64,000 nt of DNA, from positions 2,441,484-2,505,483 of the forward strand of contig OY970284.1 in the NCBI GenBank assembly GCA_963715895.1, written 5' to 3'. Within the stretch, counting starts at the first letter, position 1, and each line of letters opens with the position of its first letter. The DNA comes from Thermoanaerobaculia bacterium. GTDB taxonomy: Bacteria; Acidobacteriota; Thermoanaerobaculia; Gp7-AA8. A program made the position numbers and the translations under genes. Shown here one piece after another: positions 29,701-37,114 of the stretch. Under the pieces are notes generated by a model. That model was not told the origin of the DNA. It searched no databases and saw only the letters and a list, made by a program, of their open reading frames with translations.

Positions 29701-30419
29701 GAATCGGCGTAGAGCTTGTCGCTCGCGGTGGGGAAGGGGCCCGGAACGAACGGTGAGTCATCGGCGGAGTAGGTCGTCGAAACGGAGAGGACCTGGAAGA
29801 TGGTGTTCGGGAAGTTGATGAAGGCCTCGAACTGGTTGTATCCCTGCGTGGCCGTTCCCCCGAGAAGCTGAATGACGTAGGTGTTGCCGACCACCATGTC
29901 CATCGACCCGCCGGCGGGGACGGAAACGAGGGTGGGGATGGTCGCCCCGAACTTGACGTCGGAGACGGAGTTGCGGTTCTGCGAGATGAGGTGCTCGACG
30001 TAGATCTCGCGCGGTGTCGACGTGGAGATCGTGCCCGAGAGGTCGGTGGCGGTGATGTGGTACCGGCGGGTGGTATCGAATGCCGCCGCGGTCTTGACGA
30101 TAGCCACCTCGAAGAATGCGTCTTTGCACTGGCCGGCAGGGATGGACGGAATGGTGATCGTGGTGAGCGAGCCGGCGCGCAGATCGACGAACGCGTTGGC
30201 CGTGTCCCAGACGTAATTGACGGCGACGTTCGTGGTGGCCACGCTGCTGCAGACGCGCGCGCCGACCGGGAAGTTGCCGGGGCCGGTGGCGGGTGAGTTG
30301 CTGTCGAGTCCGACGACGTTCCAGGATACCGGGGCGATGGTCAGCGTCACCGCGGCGTTCGCGGCAACCGGGGCCAGCAGTGTGAAGAGACACATAGCGA
30401 TCAAAGAGATACGGCGCAT
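23748..30419 (-). CDS. giant (2223 aa) secreted cell-surface protein with about 12 tandem DUF11 ('conserved repeat domain') repeats and an IPTL-CTERM-like C-terminal sorting signal
   Basis: Signal peptide MRRISLIAMCLFTLLAPVAANA. About 118-aa units (VSVVKTLTTSGPFT.GQ.ISYTIVVANAGPSTATNVQVTDTP...GGGCAALPCTIASLASGAN.TI.VTATI...) repeated with near-identical 354-bp DNA period between about 24100 and 26950. C-terminus VPAMSGYALMLLALTLAIAAAIAIRPRG. Confidence 0.85.
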   Translation of the reverse strand: MRRISLIAMCLFTLLAPVAANAAVTLTIAPVSWNVVGLDSNSPATGPGNFPVGARVCSSVATTNVAVNYVWDTANAFVDLRAGSLTTITIPSIPAGQCKDAFFEVAIVKTAAAFDTTRRYHITATDLSGTISTSTPREIYVEHLISQNRNSVSDVKFGATIPTLVSVPAGGSMDMVVGNTYVIQLLGGTATQGYNQFEAFINFPNTIFQVLSVSTTYSADDSPFVPGPFPTASDKLYADSCLWENDPNSPNYRSCVGGDFKAGGNNVVTTYTIKVVSGGGTSQPLNTLLYDFSGSSYHYNGDFTTGARIANVIDPTSATIAKSFSPNPTSLNGVSALTITLTNPNGGTVGGYNFVDNLPANLLVANPAGATTSGCGAPTLTATAGSSSISFSNGTLAANSNCVIKVNVTPSATGSLVNTTNHLFIDTTDTGHNATATLTVNTAPPPGTGLCGLTLAKWTFPTGFTLTSPAPSTNNVGTAQAEPGPGLSNPTIQATNSSTTADGTSSWGSNGAITTGTTLVTANDDYYEFAINTTGVSSVTLNFDALEKTPNGPKGLAVFFGTTTKGAGTSEPAASIFNSATAITSTNTWQSFGPITVNSGLNSSGLTFFRIYPYNSGNTNAGSDSNIDNVTFTGCKAAVQPTIAKAFSPNPVAAGGVSTLTFTLTNTNTAALTGAAFTDSLPSGVQVAATPTASTTCGGTWAPAAAATSLTFSGGTIPASGSCTVSVHVTATSAGPHGNVSGTLSTTESGTNISSVGSATLTALVPPVIAKGFNPTPILAGGTSILTFTITNPNQNDAISGVAFADTFPTSPGAMTVGPSPSPATSGCGAPSFSPVTGAGSISFSGGTIAGGGICTVSLQVTVPAVGTYNNTSGNVSYIINAATVNGNTASGSLDAGTPHPSISLLKQISASASGPWSIFLPLSSGPVFYRFTVENTGDVPLSPISITDDTIDVSGCNAGFASVTLPVAVAANDNHIITCVAGPVAITPGSHTNTAHATGTFSGTPHDSANSSATYATTGLTLDKTSVETTYLNPGDTIHYNYLVTNSGSAPLQGPVTVADNKATVTCPAVSTVGDLDNFLDPGESITCTAAYIITGTDIANASVTNTATATVQGVNSNSDSTTVILATAADVSVVKTLTTSGPFTSGQSITYTIFVANAGPATATNVQVTDTPTNETITNVTGGGCAALPCTIASLAAGGNATITVTATINSPGAFDNSATVSATQPDPNPGNNTDNTGNGGITGASADVSVDKTLDTAGPFTVGETISYTIVVANAGPSTATNVQVTDTPSNLSITSVSGSGCAALPCTIASLASGANTTINVTATITAVGSFDNTATVSATEPDPDPSNNTDSTGNGGTAAASADVSVVKTLTTSGPFTETESITFSLVVANAGPSTATNVQVTDTPTNLTITNVNGGGCAALPCTIASLASGANVTITVTATINASGAFNNSATVSATEPDPNIGNNTDNTGNGGTALASADVSVVKTLVTSGPYALGQSISYTLVVANAGPSTATNVQVTDTPTNLNITSVSGSGCAALPCTIASLASGANTTINVTATITAVGAFDNSSTVSATEPDPNLANNTDSTGNGGTAVASADVSVVKTLTTAGPFNAGQSISYTIVVANAGPSTATNVQVTDTPSNMTITNVSGGGCAALPCTIASLASGANVTINVTATITAAGSFDNTSTVSATEFDPNTNNNTDSTGNGGTATLSADVSVVKTLTTSGPFTAGQTISYTIVVANAGPSTATNIQVTDTPTNMTINTVSGGGCAALPCTIASLASGANVTINVTATITTVGAFDNSATVSATEPDPNPGNNTDNTGNGGVTGASADVSVVKTLTTAGPFTVGQTISYTIVVANAGPSTATNVQVTDTPTHMTITNVSGGGCAALPCTIASLASGANVTINVTATINAAGSFDNTATVSATEPDPNSGNNTDNTGNGGTAAASADVSLVKTLTTTGPFTSGQTISYTIVVANAGPSTATNVQVTDTPTNLTITNVTGGGCAALPCTIASLASGANVTITVTATITAAGAFDNSATASATEPDPNPANNTDNTGNGGTTGTPSADLGIVKTAPTPLLEQSQFDYTLVVTNHGPSTATGVVVTDPLPANFTLATATPTQGSCSGTTTVTCNLGTIPNGATATIVIHGTGHVAGTMTNTATVSGNETDPVPANNSSTAPVVLLEEVPAMSGYALMLLALTLAIAAAIAIRPRG

Positions 30420-30711
30420 AGATGGACCTCGCAAATGCCAATACCGGGTGCTGGAAGCTGGACAAATAGCCAGCGCACTCCCCCGGCTGGTTATGGGAAA
30501 ACGATTTTGGACCCGCGTCACTGTAACCGGTTCCAATCACAGTGCCGTCAATCCTGAATGATGAGACCGTGAAAATCGGTGCGGCCAGGGTTCTGCGTGG
30601 CAGAACGATCGAGCGAAGAGGTTGGCCGAGCCTTTGGCAACCAGCGAAGCCGGCCGTGCCGGCCCTACCCGCCCTTGATACCCTCCCTACCCCGTGGGGT
30701 GGCGTGCGGCA

Positions 30712-30727
30712 TCACATCGACATGTGA
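30712..30727. promoter_or_regulatory. palindrome TCACAT-cgac-ATGTGA about 30 bp upstream of the Fnr/Crp-family gene; candidate Crp/Fnr-type operator
   Basis: Sequence only; inverted TGTGA/TCACA half-sites with N6 spacing but in outward orientation. Confidence 0.3.
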
Positions 30728-30756
30728 CGATGGTCGCACGAAAGATGAGGTGCGAT

Positions 30757-31476
30757 ATGCCGACTCCCTACAACCTTGCCATTCACAACTCCTGCGCCGA
30801 CTGCACGGTGCGCACGGATCACCTGTTCTGCAACATGAGCACGTCGACGCTTGCGGCGATGGACGCGATGAAGTTCACCAGCGTCTACCCGAAAGGATCG
30901 ACCCTGTTCGTGGAAGGGGAAAAACCGCGCGGCGTATTCGTCGTCTGCAGCGGACGGGTGAAGCTGACCACCTCCTCGAGCGAGGGGCGCACGCTCATCG
31001 TGCGCATCGCCGGTCCCGGCGAGGTCCTCGGCGCGAGCGGCGCCATTCTCGGCCGTCCATACGAGCTCTCCGCGGAGACCCTCGAGCCGGCGCAACTGAA
31101 CTTCATCGGACGCGACGACTTCATGCGCCTGCTGAACGGCCATCCGGAAGCGTGCATGCACGCCGCCCAGCAGCTCAGCGAGAAGTATCACTCCGCGCAG
31201 CGCGAGATCCGTTCCCTCGGCCTGTCCCAGACGACCAGCGAGAAGCTGGCCCGGCTCATCCTCGACTGGTGTGAGAAAGAAGGCGACGAAACGCCGCGCG
31301 GCACGCGCCTCCAGGTGCTGCTCACGCACGAGGAGATCGCGCAGATGATCGGCACCACGCGCGAAACCGTGACCCGTATCTTCAGCGACTGGCGCAGGAA
31401 GAACATGATCGAGATCAAGGGCTCGAATTTCTTCATCCGCGAGCATCAGCAGTTGAGCGATATGGTCACGGTGTGA
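30757..31476 (+). CDS. Crp/Fnr-family transcriptional regulator with N-terminal Cys cluster (possible Fe-S / redox sensing, Fnr-like)
   Basis: N-terminal C-x2-C-x8-C (NSCADCTVRTDHLFC). cNMP-binding beta-roll. C-terminal HTH (EEIAQMIGTTRETVTRIFSDWRR). SD gaggtg 5 nt before ATG 30757. Confidence 0.8.
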   Translation: MPTPYNLAIHNSCADCTVRTDHLFCNMSTSTLAAMDAMKFTSVYPKGSTLFVEGEKPRGVFVVCSGRVKLTTSSSEGRTLIVRIAGPGEVLGASGAILGRPYELSAETLEPAQLNFIGRDDFMRLLNGHPEACMHAAQQLSEKYHSAQREIRSLGLSQTTSEKLARLILDWCEKEGDETPRGTRLQVLLTHEEIAQMIGTTRETVTRIFSDWRRKNMIEIKGSNFFIREHQQLSDMVTV

Positions 31477-31557
31477 GACAAAACGCACCGTCTCGTGTGC
31501 CAGCTGTCACAGCGGCGTTACAGGCTCCCCTCTATCTTCGCCACTGAGGTGAAGCCT

Positions 31558-31977
31558 GTGACGACCGAACTTGCTGTAGAACCCCATCTGCTCGAATCGA
31601 CGCTGCTCCACCATCAGGCCATCGAGGTCTGGCCCGCGGGAAGAACCCTTTTCTACGAAGGGGAGGACGCACGCGGCGTCTACTTGATTCACTCCGGCTC
31701 CGTCGATCTGATCTTCTCGGCGAAGGACGGCCGCGCCAAGACACTGCGCGTCGCCCACACCGGCCAGATTCTCGGATTGAGCTCCGTTTTCTCGCACCGC
31801 CCGCACGACTACACCGCCACCGTCCTCTCCACCAGCGACCTCGGCTACGTCGACCAGGTCACGTTTCACAGGCTCCTGGAGACCTCGCCCGCCCTGCTGT
31901 TCGGCGTACTGCGCCTGCTGAGCGAAGACGTGAACTCGTGCTACGAGTGCATGCGAGAGATCGCGCTAGCGCGGTAG
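31558..31977 (+). CDS. cyclic-nucleotide-binding-domain protein (Crp-like effector domain without recognisable HTH)
   Basis: ELAVEPHLLESTLLHHQAIEVWPAGRTLFYEGEDARGVYLIHSGSVDLIF...; GTG start at 31558 preceded by gaggtg. Upstream ATG at 31495 also possible. Confidence 0.55.
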   Translation: MTTELAVEPHLLESTLLHHQAIEVWPAGRTLFYEGEDARGVYLIHSGSVDLIFSAKDGRAKTLRVAHTGQILGLSSVFSHRPHDYTATVLSTSDLGYVDQVTFHRLLETSPALLFGVLRLLSEDVNSCYECMREIALAR

Positions 31978-31982
31978 GGCTG

Positions 31983-32051
31983 TTTCACGCGGAGACGCGG
32001 AGTCGCGGAGGGGAAGCGATGTACCTCTCGTCTCCGCTTCTTCGCGTGAAA
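31983..32051. repeat. hairpin of the GCGGAGRC heptad family (tttcacgcggagacgcggagtcgcggag / tctcgtctccgcttcttcgcgtgaaa)
   Basis: Same family as 20109-20182 and 40476-40510. Immediately followed by MITE-like copy B. Confidence 0.6.
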
Positions 32052-32053
32052 AA

Positions 32054-32370
32054 GCCCGGCACTTCTCACACTCTGACGTAAATCGCCGCCACCCTGTACC
32101 CCGTCGAGGGCCTTCTCCCCCGCGGTTTCTAGCGGGGGAGAAGGTGCCGACAGGCGGATGAGGGGGCGCTCGCGCGTGTGTTATTCGCGCGCGAGTCGTG
32201 CTTTCAAGCGGCGATTGCGCCAACGGCGCAAGATCGTTTCTGACGCGTATGCGCCCTCCTCATCCGCCTGTCGGCACCTTCTCCCCCCGCAAAAAACCGC
32301 GGGGGGAGAAGGCCCTCGACGGGGTAAAGAGTGCCGATGATTTACGTGAGAGTGTGAGAAATGCGGGCTC
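32054..32370. repeat. modular MITE-like element copy B
   Basis: Two inverted 57-nt hairpin modules (ccttctcccccgcggtttctagcgggggagaaggtgccgacaggcggatgagggggcg and its complement). Outer IR ttctcacactctgacgtaaatcg / cgatgatttacgtgagagtgtgagaa. Confidence 0.65.
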
Positions 32371-32460
32371 GTGTGATCCCCATCACCCGCCCCCTTGACG
32401 CGCGTCATCCGTCGCTGTTCGTGCGCGACGTACCTTGCAGTTCGAAGGAGACGCGCCGCC

Positions 32461-35400
32461 ATGTCGCTCGCCGAAGTCCTCAATCCGCATCAGAAAGCAC
32501 CGCAGAAGAACGTCGTCGAATACGCGATGGTCGACGGCAACGAAGCCGTGGCCCGCATCGCCTACGCGATGAACGAAGTGATCGCCATCTATCCGATCAC
32601 GCCATCCTCCTCGATGGGTGAATGGGCGGATGCCTGGTCGGCGGCAAAGCAGAAGAATCTCTGGGGGACGATTCCGGCGGTCGTGGAGATGCAGAGCGAG
32701 GGGGGCGCGGCGGGAGCGGTGCATGGCGCGTTGCAGACCGGATCGCTTGCCACGACCTTCACCTCGTCGCAGGGCCTGCTGCTGATGATCCCGAATATGT
32801 ACAAGATCGCCGGCGAGCTCACCCCGGCGGTGTTCCATGTCGCGGCGCGCTCCCTGGCCACGCACGCGTTGTCGATCTTCGGCGATCACTCCGACGTGAT
32901 GTCGGTCCGCTCGACCGGCTGGGTGATGCTCTGCTCGGCCAGCGTTCAGGAAGCACAGGATTTCGCCATGATCGCGCACGCCGCCACGCTAGAGGCGCGC
33001 ATCCCCTTCCTGCATTTCTTCGACGGCTTCCGCACGTCGCACGAGATCGCCCGGATCGAAGTGCTTTCCGAGGATCAGATGAGGGCGATGATCGACCTCG
33101 AGCTGGTCTTCGATCACCGCTCCCGCGCCCTGTCGCCCGATCATCCGGTCATCCGCGGTACGGCGCAGAACCCGGATGTCTTCTTCCAGTCGCGGGAACG
33201 GTCCAATCCGTTCTATCGCGACTGCGCATCGATCGTCGTCGAGACGATGGAGCGCTTCGCGCGCGTCACCGGCCGCGCCTACGCGCCGTTCGAATATCAC
33301 GGTGATCCTGTAGCTGAGCGCGTAGTGATCGTCCTCGGCTCGGCCGCCGAGACGCTGCATGAGACCGTCGACGTGTTGCGGGATCAGGGAGAACGCGTCG
33401 GCGTGCTGAAGGTGCGGCTCTATCGCCCCTTCGACAACCAACGCTTCCTCGATGCACTGCCGGAGTCGGCCCGCGCCATCGCCGTGCTCGACCGCACCAA
33501 GGAGCCCGGCGCCGCTGGTGAGCCGCTCTATCTCGACGTCGTCAACGCTCTCTTCGACTCCGACCGCCGCCCGCGCGTGATCGGCGGACGCTACGGCCTC
33601 TCCTCGAAGGAGTTCACTCCGGCCATGGCCAAAGGCGTTTTCGATCATCTCCTCGACCCCAAGCCGCGGAAACAGTTCACCGTGGGGATCGTCGACGACG
33701 TGACGCACCTGAGCATCGACTACGACCGGGCGTTTTCTACTGAGACCACTGACGTCTACCGCGCCATGTTCTACGGACTGGGGTCGGACGGCACGGTCGG
33801 CGCGAACAAGAACACCATCAAGATCATCGGCGAGGAGGGTGGCCGCTTCGCGCAGGGCTACTTCGTCTACGACTCGAAAAAAGCGGGGGCGATCACGGTG
33901 TCGCACCTTCGTTTCGGACCTCGGCCGATCCGCTCGACGTATCTGGTCACCAGCGCGAACTTCATCGCCTGCCACCAGCCACAGTTCGTCGAACGCGTCG
34001 ACATGCTGAAGGACCTGGCGCCGGGCGGGACGTTCCTGCTCAACGCGCCGGCGGGTTTCATTCTGCCGCGCACGTTCGCGGCGCAGTTGGCCGCGAAGAA
34101 GGCACGCGTCTTTGCCATCGACGCCACGCGCGTGGCCGCCGAGTGCGGCCTCGGCAACCGCATCAATACTCTGATGCAGGTCTGCTTCTTTGCCACCGCC
34201 GAGGTGCTGCCGATCGAGGAGGCGCTGGAAGCCGTCCGCGAGACCATCCGCAAGACCTACGCGAAGAAGGGCGAGAAGGTCGTGGCCATGAATCTCCGCG
34301 CGGTCGACGCCGCGCTGCAGAGTCTGCGTCCGATCGCGATCGACACGGAAGCACAGACAAGAGTGTCTGTGCCACAAGAGACAGGAGTGTCTGTGTCACA
34401 AAAGGAGAGCCAATGTGGCACAGACACTCTTGTCTGTGCCGGGCCGCTCCGCGACGTCATCCTGCCGATCATCGAAGGCCGCGGTGAGGATCTCCCGGTC
34501 AGCGCCATGCCGTGCGACGGCACGTTCCCTTCCTCCACCGCGCGCTACGAGAAGCGCAACCTCGCCACCGAGATCCCGGTGTGGGATCCGGTCTCCTGCA
34601 TCCAGTGCGGCAAGTGTGCGATGGTCTGTCCGCACGCGGCCATCCGGATCAAGGCCTATGACCAGTCGCTGCTGGAAGGCGCGCCGGCCACGCTCAAGTC
34701 GCTGACGCCGATGCACAAGGATTGGGCAGGGCTGGCGTACACCATCCAGGTCGCACCGGAGGACTGCACCGGTTGCACGATCTGCGTCGACGTCTGCCCG
34801 GCCAAGAGCAAGAGCGTTCCAGACCGCAAGTCGCTTTACATGCAGCCGCAGCCGCCGCTGCGCGATGCGGAGCGCGAGAACTGGAACTGGTTCCTCGATC
34901 TGCCGGAGCTCGACCGATCGAAACTCAATCCGACGCTGATCCGGCATCAGCAGCTCCAACAGCCGATGTTCGAGTTCTCCGGCGCCTGCTCCGGCTGCGG
35001 CGAGACGCCGTATGTAAAGCTGCTCACACAGCTCTTCGGCGACCGCCTGGTCGTGGCCAATGCCACCGGCTGCTCGTCGATCTACGGCGGCAATCTGCCG
35101 ACGACGCCCTGGTCGACGAACCGTGACGGCCGCGGCCCCGCCTGGGCGAACTCCCTCTTCGAGGACAACGCCGAGTTCGGCCTCGGCTTCCGCGTTTCGA
35201 TCGACAAACAGCGTGACTTTGCCATCGAGCTGCTGAAGTCTCTCGCCCCCGCCGTCGGCGAGAACCTGGCGGCCTCGATCATCGATGCCACCCAGCGCGA
35301 CGATGCCGAGATCTTCGAGCAGCGCAAGCGCGTCGAGCTGCTCAAAGTCGCTCTGCGCCGCCTGGAGCTGAAGACCCGGATGCACAAGCTCGATCCGACC

Positions 35401-36087
35401 GACGAGCAACAGCTCCTGGCGCTGGCCGACTTGCTCGTTAAAAAGTCCGTGTGGATCCTCGGCGGCGATGGCTGGGCCTACGACATCGGCTTTGGCGGAC
35501 TCGATCACGTCCTGGCCAGCGGCCGGAACGTGAAGGTGCTCGTCCTCGACACCGAGGTCTATTCGAACACTGGCGGACAGATGTCGAAGGCGACCCCCCG
35601 CGCGGCCGTGGCCAAGTTCGCCGCCGGCGGCAAGGCCGCCAGGAAGAAGGACCTCGGCCTGATCGCGATGACGTACGGGCACGTCTATGTCGCCAGCGTG
35701 GCCATGGGCGCGCGTGACGAGCACACGCTCAAATCGTTCATCGAAGCCGAGGCGTATGACGGCCCGTCGCTGATCATCGCCTACAGCGCCTGTGTCGCCC
35801 ACGGCTACGATCTGGGGACATCGCTGCAGCACCAGAAGACGCTGGTCGAATCCGGCCAGTGGCTGCTCTACCGCTACAACCCCGAGCGCACCGCTGAAGG
35901 CAAGAACCCGCTCCAGCTCGACTCGCGCGCCCTCAAGCTCCCCGTCGAGAAGTTCCTTCGGATGGAGAACCGCTTCAACCAACTGCTGAAGAACGACACC
36001 GAGGAATCCCGCAACGTGATCGCCGCCGCGCAGCACGACGTCGACGCACGGTGGAAGATGTACAGCTATTTGGCGGCGGAGAAGTGA
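32461..36087 (+). CDS. por: pyruvate:ferredoxin (flavodoxin) oxidoreductase, single-chain NifJ/Por type (1208 aa)
   Basis: Domains I-III, two ferredoxin-type 4Fe-4S motifs (CIQCGKCAMVCP, CTGCTICVDVCP), TPP-binding GDGWAYDIGFGGLDHVLASGRNVKVLVLDTEVYSNTGGQ. Start at ATG 32461 (MSLAEVLNPHQKAPQKNVVEYAMVDGNE). Confidence 0.9.
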   Translation: MSLAEVLNPHQKAPQKNVVEYAMVDGNEAVARIAYAMNEVIAIYPITPSSSMGEWADAWSAAKQKNLWGTIPAVVEMQSEGGAAGAVHGALQTGSLATTFTSSQGLLLMIPNMYKIAGELTPAVFHVAARSLATHALSIFGDHSDVMSVRSTGWVMLCSASVQEAQDFAMIAHAATLEARIPFLHFFDGFRTSHEIARIEVLSEDQMRAMIDLELVFDHRSRALSPDHPVIRGTAQNPDVFFQSRERSNPFYRDCASIVVETMERFARVTGRAYAPFEYHGDPVAERVVIVLGSAAETLHETVDVLRDQGERVGVLKVRLYRPFDNQRFLDALPESARAIAVLDRTKEPGAAGEPLYLDVVNALFDSDRRPRVIGGRYGLSSKEFTPAMAKGVFDHLLDPKPRKQFTVGIVDDVTHLSIDYDRAFSTETTDVYRAMFYGLGSDGTVGANKNTIKIIGEEGGRFAQGYFVYDSKKAGAITVSHLRFGPRPIRSTYLVTSANFIACHQPQFVERVDMLKDLAPGGTFLLNAPAGFILPRTFAAQLAAKKARVFAIDATRVAAECGLGNRINTLMQVCFFATAEVLPIEEALEAVRETIRKTYAKKGEKVVAMNLRAVDAALQSLRPIAIDTEAQTRVSVPQETGVSVSQKESQCGTDTLVCAGPLRDVILPIIEGRGEDLPVSAMPCDGTFPSSTARYEKRNLATEIPVWDPVSCIQCGKCAMVCPHAAIRIKAYDQSLLEGAPATLKSLTPMHKDWAGLAYTIQVAPEDCTGCTICVDVCPAKSKSVPDRKSLYMQPQPPLRDAERENWNWFLDLPELDRSKLNPTLIRHQQLQQPMFEFSGACSGCGETPYVKLLTQLFGDRLVVANATGCSSIYGGNLPTTPWSTNRDGRGPAWANSLFEDNAEFGLGFRVSIDKQRDFAIELLKSLAPAVGENLAASIIDATQRDDAEIFEQRKRVELLKVALRRLELKTRMHKLDPTDEQQLLALADLLVKKSVWILGGDGWAYDIGFGGLDHVLASGRNVKVLVLDTEVYSNTGGQMSKATPRAAVAKFAAGGKAARKKDLGLIAMTYGHVYVASVAMGARDEHTLKSFIEAEAYDGPSLIIAYSACVAHGYDLGTSLQHQKTLVESGQWLLYRYNPERTAEGKNPLQLDSRALKLPVEKFLRMENRFNQLLKNDTEESRNVIAAAQHDVDARWKMYSYLAAEK
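34351..34440. repeat. inverted pair of the 24/30-nt hairpin element inserted in-frame inside the por coding sequence
   Basis: 34351-34373 gcacagacaagagtgtctgtgcc; 34411-34440 caatgtggcacagacactcttgtctgtgcc; degenerate third copy 34381-34399. Translated as ...EAQTRVSVPQETGVSVSQKESQCGTDTLVCAG... without stop or frameshift. Confidence 0.8.
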
Positions 36088-36194
36088 GGGGGGCGGTGGA
36101 TTAGTGGATCAGGTTCCGGCCCCGTATTCGAGAAAACGTAGGTCGGACTCTCTAGGCCGACCGGTGCTCGCGCGGGCCGATCGCTCCAACCGCA

Positions 36195-36575
36195 TTCTTC
36201 ACGAGCGGTCGTGTAGCCTCCAGAGCCTCATGGGTGTGGCTTGAAGCCTCTCAGGGTGGACTCTGAGCCTCCTCCATGACGCTTTAGGCCTACCCCATGA
36301 GGCGTCGAGCCTCCTCAGTAGATCCATGGATCTACCCAAGTGGGCTCTAAGCCTACCCCATGAGGCTGTAGGTCTCTTCAGTAGATCCATGGATCTACTC
36401 AAATAGGCTTTAAGCCTACCCCATGAGGCTTTAAGCTTTAAGCCTATTCGGTAGATCCATGGATCTACACCATGAGGCTTAAAGCCTACCCTATGAGGCT
36501 TGAAGCCTATTCAGTAGATCCTGGGATCTACTCGAGACGAAAAAAAGCCTATTCAGTAGATTCAGAATCTACTCG
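36195..36575. repeat. array of about 6 units (about 63 bp) each carrying an 18-bp palindrome GTAGATCCATGGATCTAC and a second IR AAGCCTaccccatgAGGCTT
   Basis: Perfect palindromes at 36318-36335, 36381-36398, 36451-36468; variants at 36514-36531 and 36555-36571. In the convergent por / 36562 gene intergenic, bordering the low-GC islet. Confidence 0.75.
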
Positions 36576-37080
36576 ACTGCCGATTCGAGCCTCTCGCACG
36601 CGGGAACACCAACCCCGTCACGAGGTCGCCGGCCACTGCATCGCCATCGACAGTCCAGGCACTTCCGCCAGCTCCTCGGGCGTGCGCCGACGCCACGCCT
36701 TCCAGCTCCCGCGTCAGCACCGCATCGACCGACGTCCCCTCCCGCCGCGCCAGAGCCCGCAGCACGTCCCGCTGATACCGCGGAACTCGCGCCCGCAGCT
36801 CCACCAGCCGGATCGCCTCCGGCAGCACCGACGGCGCATCCTTCCCGAGCGCAGCTTCGATGACGGACTGCTCGTACTTCTGCATCGCCACCGCCACCAG
36901 CTCCTCCCTCGTCATCCGCTCGCCGAGCGCGGTCCAAACCGCTACAATCGCTCCATCCTCGATCTCCCGTTTCAGATCCCTGAGGGTGAGCCCAAGCAGA
37001 TCCGCCGCCGTCATGAGCGCGAAGTTGGGACGGGGAGCGAGGAAGATGTGATGGATGCGGGAGCGGGTGGATTCGTCCAT
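36562..37080 (-). CDS. hypothetical protein (possible small HTH / antitoxin-like helical protein)
   Basis: 172-aa ORF with genome-typical codon bias; segment AADLLGLTLRDLKREIEDG resembles an HTH. 3' end overlaps the palindrome array. No firm family assignment. Confidence 0.4.
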   Translation of the reverse strand: MDESTRSRIHHIFLAPRPNFALMTAADLLGLTLRDLKREIEDGAIVAVWTALGERMTREELVAVAMQKYEQSVIEAALGKDAPSVLPEAIRLVELRARVPRYQRDVLRALARREGTSVDAVLTRELEGVASAHARGAGGSAWTVDGDAVAGDLVTGLVFPRARGSNRQSSRF

Positions 37081-37114
37081 GAAGTTCTCCTCATCGAGCC
37101 CTTAGACACAACAT

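Noticed and set aside
24768-29756. Very long + strand ORFs (24768..27596, 27720..29756) and many other 100-900-aa ORFs (e.g. 20554..22794 -, 34396..36036 -, 10971..12356 +, 13764..15180 +, 57531..58754 +, 59338..61104 +, 8591..9538 +, 41081..42433 +, 47438..48370 +)
   Set aside because: They lie antisense to well-supported genes (adhesin, Pat-like, por, dcp, nuo, beta-lactamase, kinase, dprA). They are Arg/Gly/Asp-rich low-complexity translations typical of high-GC antisense frames and have no motifs.
34351-34440. Hairpin pair in por as evidence that por is a pseudogene
   Set aside because: The reading frame and all downstream PFOR motifs (ferredoxin Cys clusters, TPP site) are intact and in the same frame, so the insert is in-frame.
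36195-36575. Possible CRISPR array (18-bp palindromes at about 63-bp spacing)
   Set aside because: The inter-palindrome segments are themselves repeated (aagcctaccccatgaggctt...), so there are no unique spacers and no cas genes.
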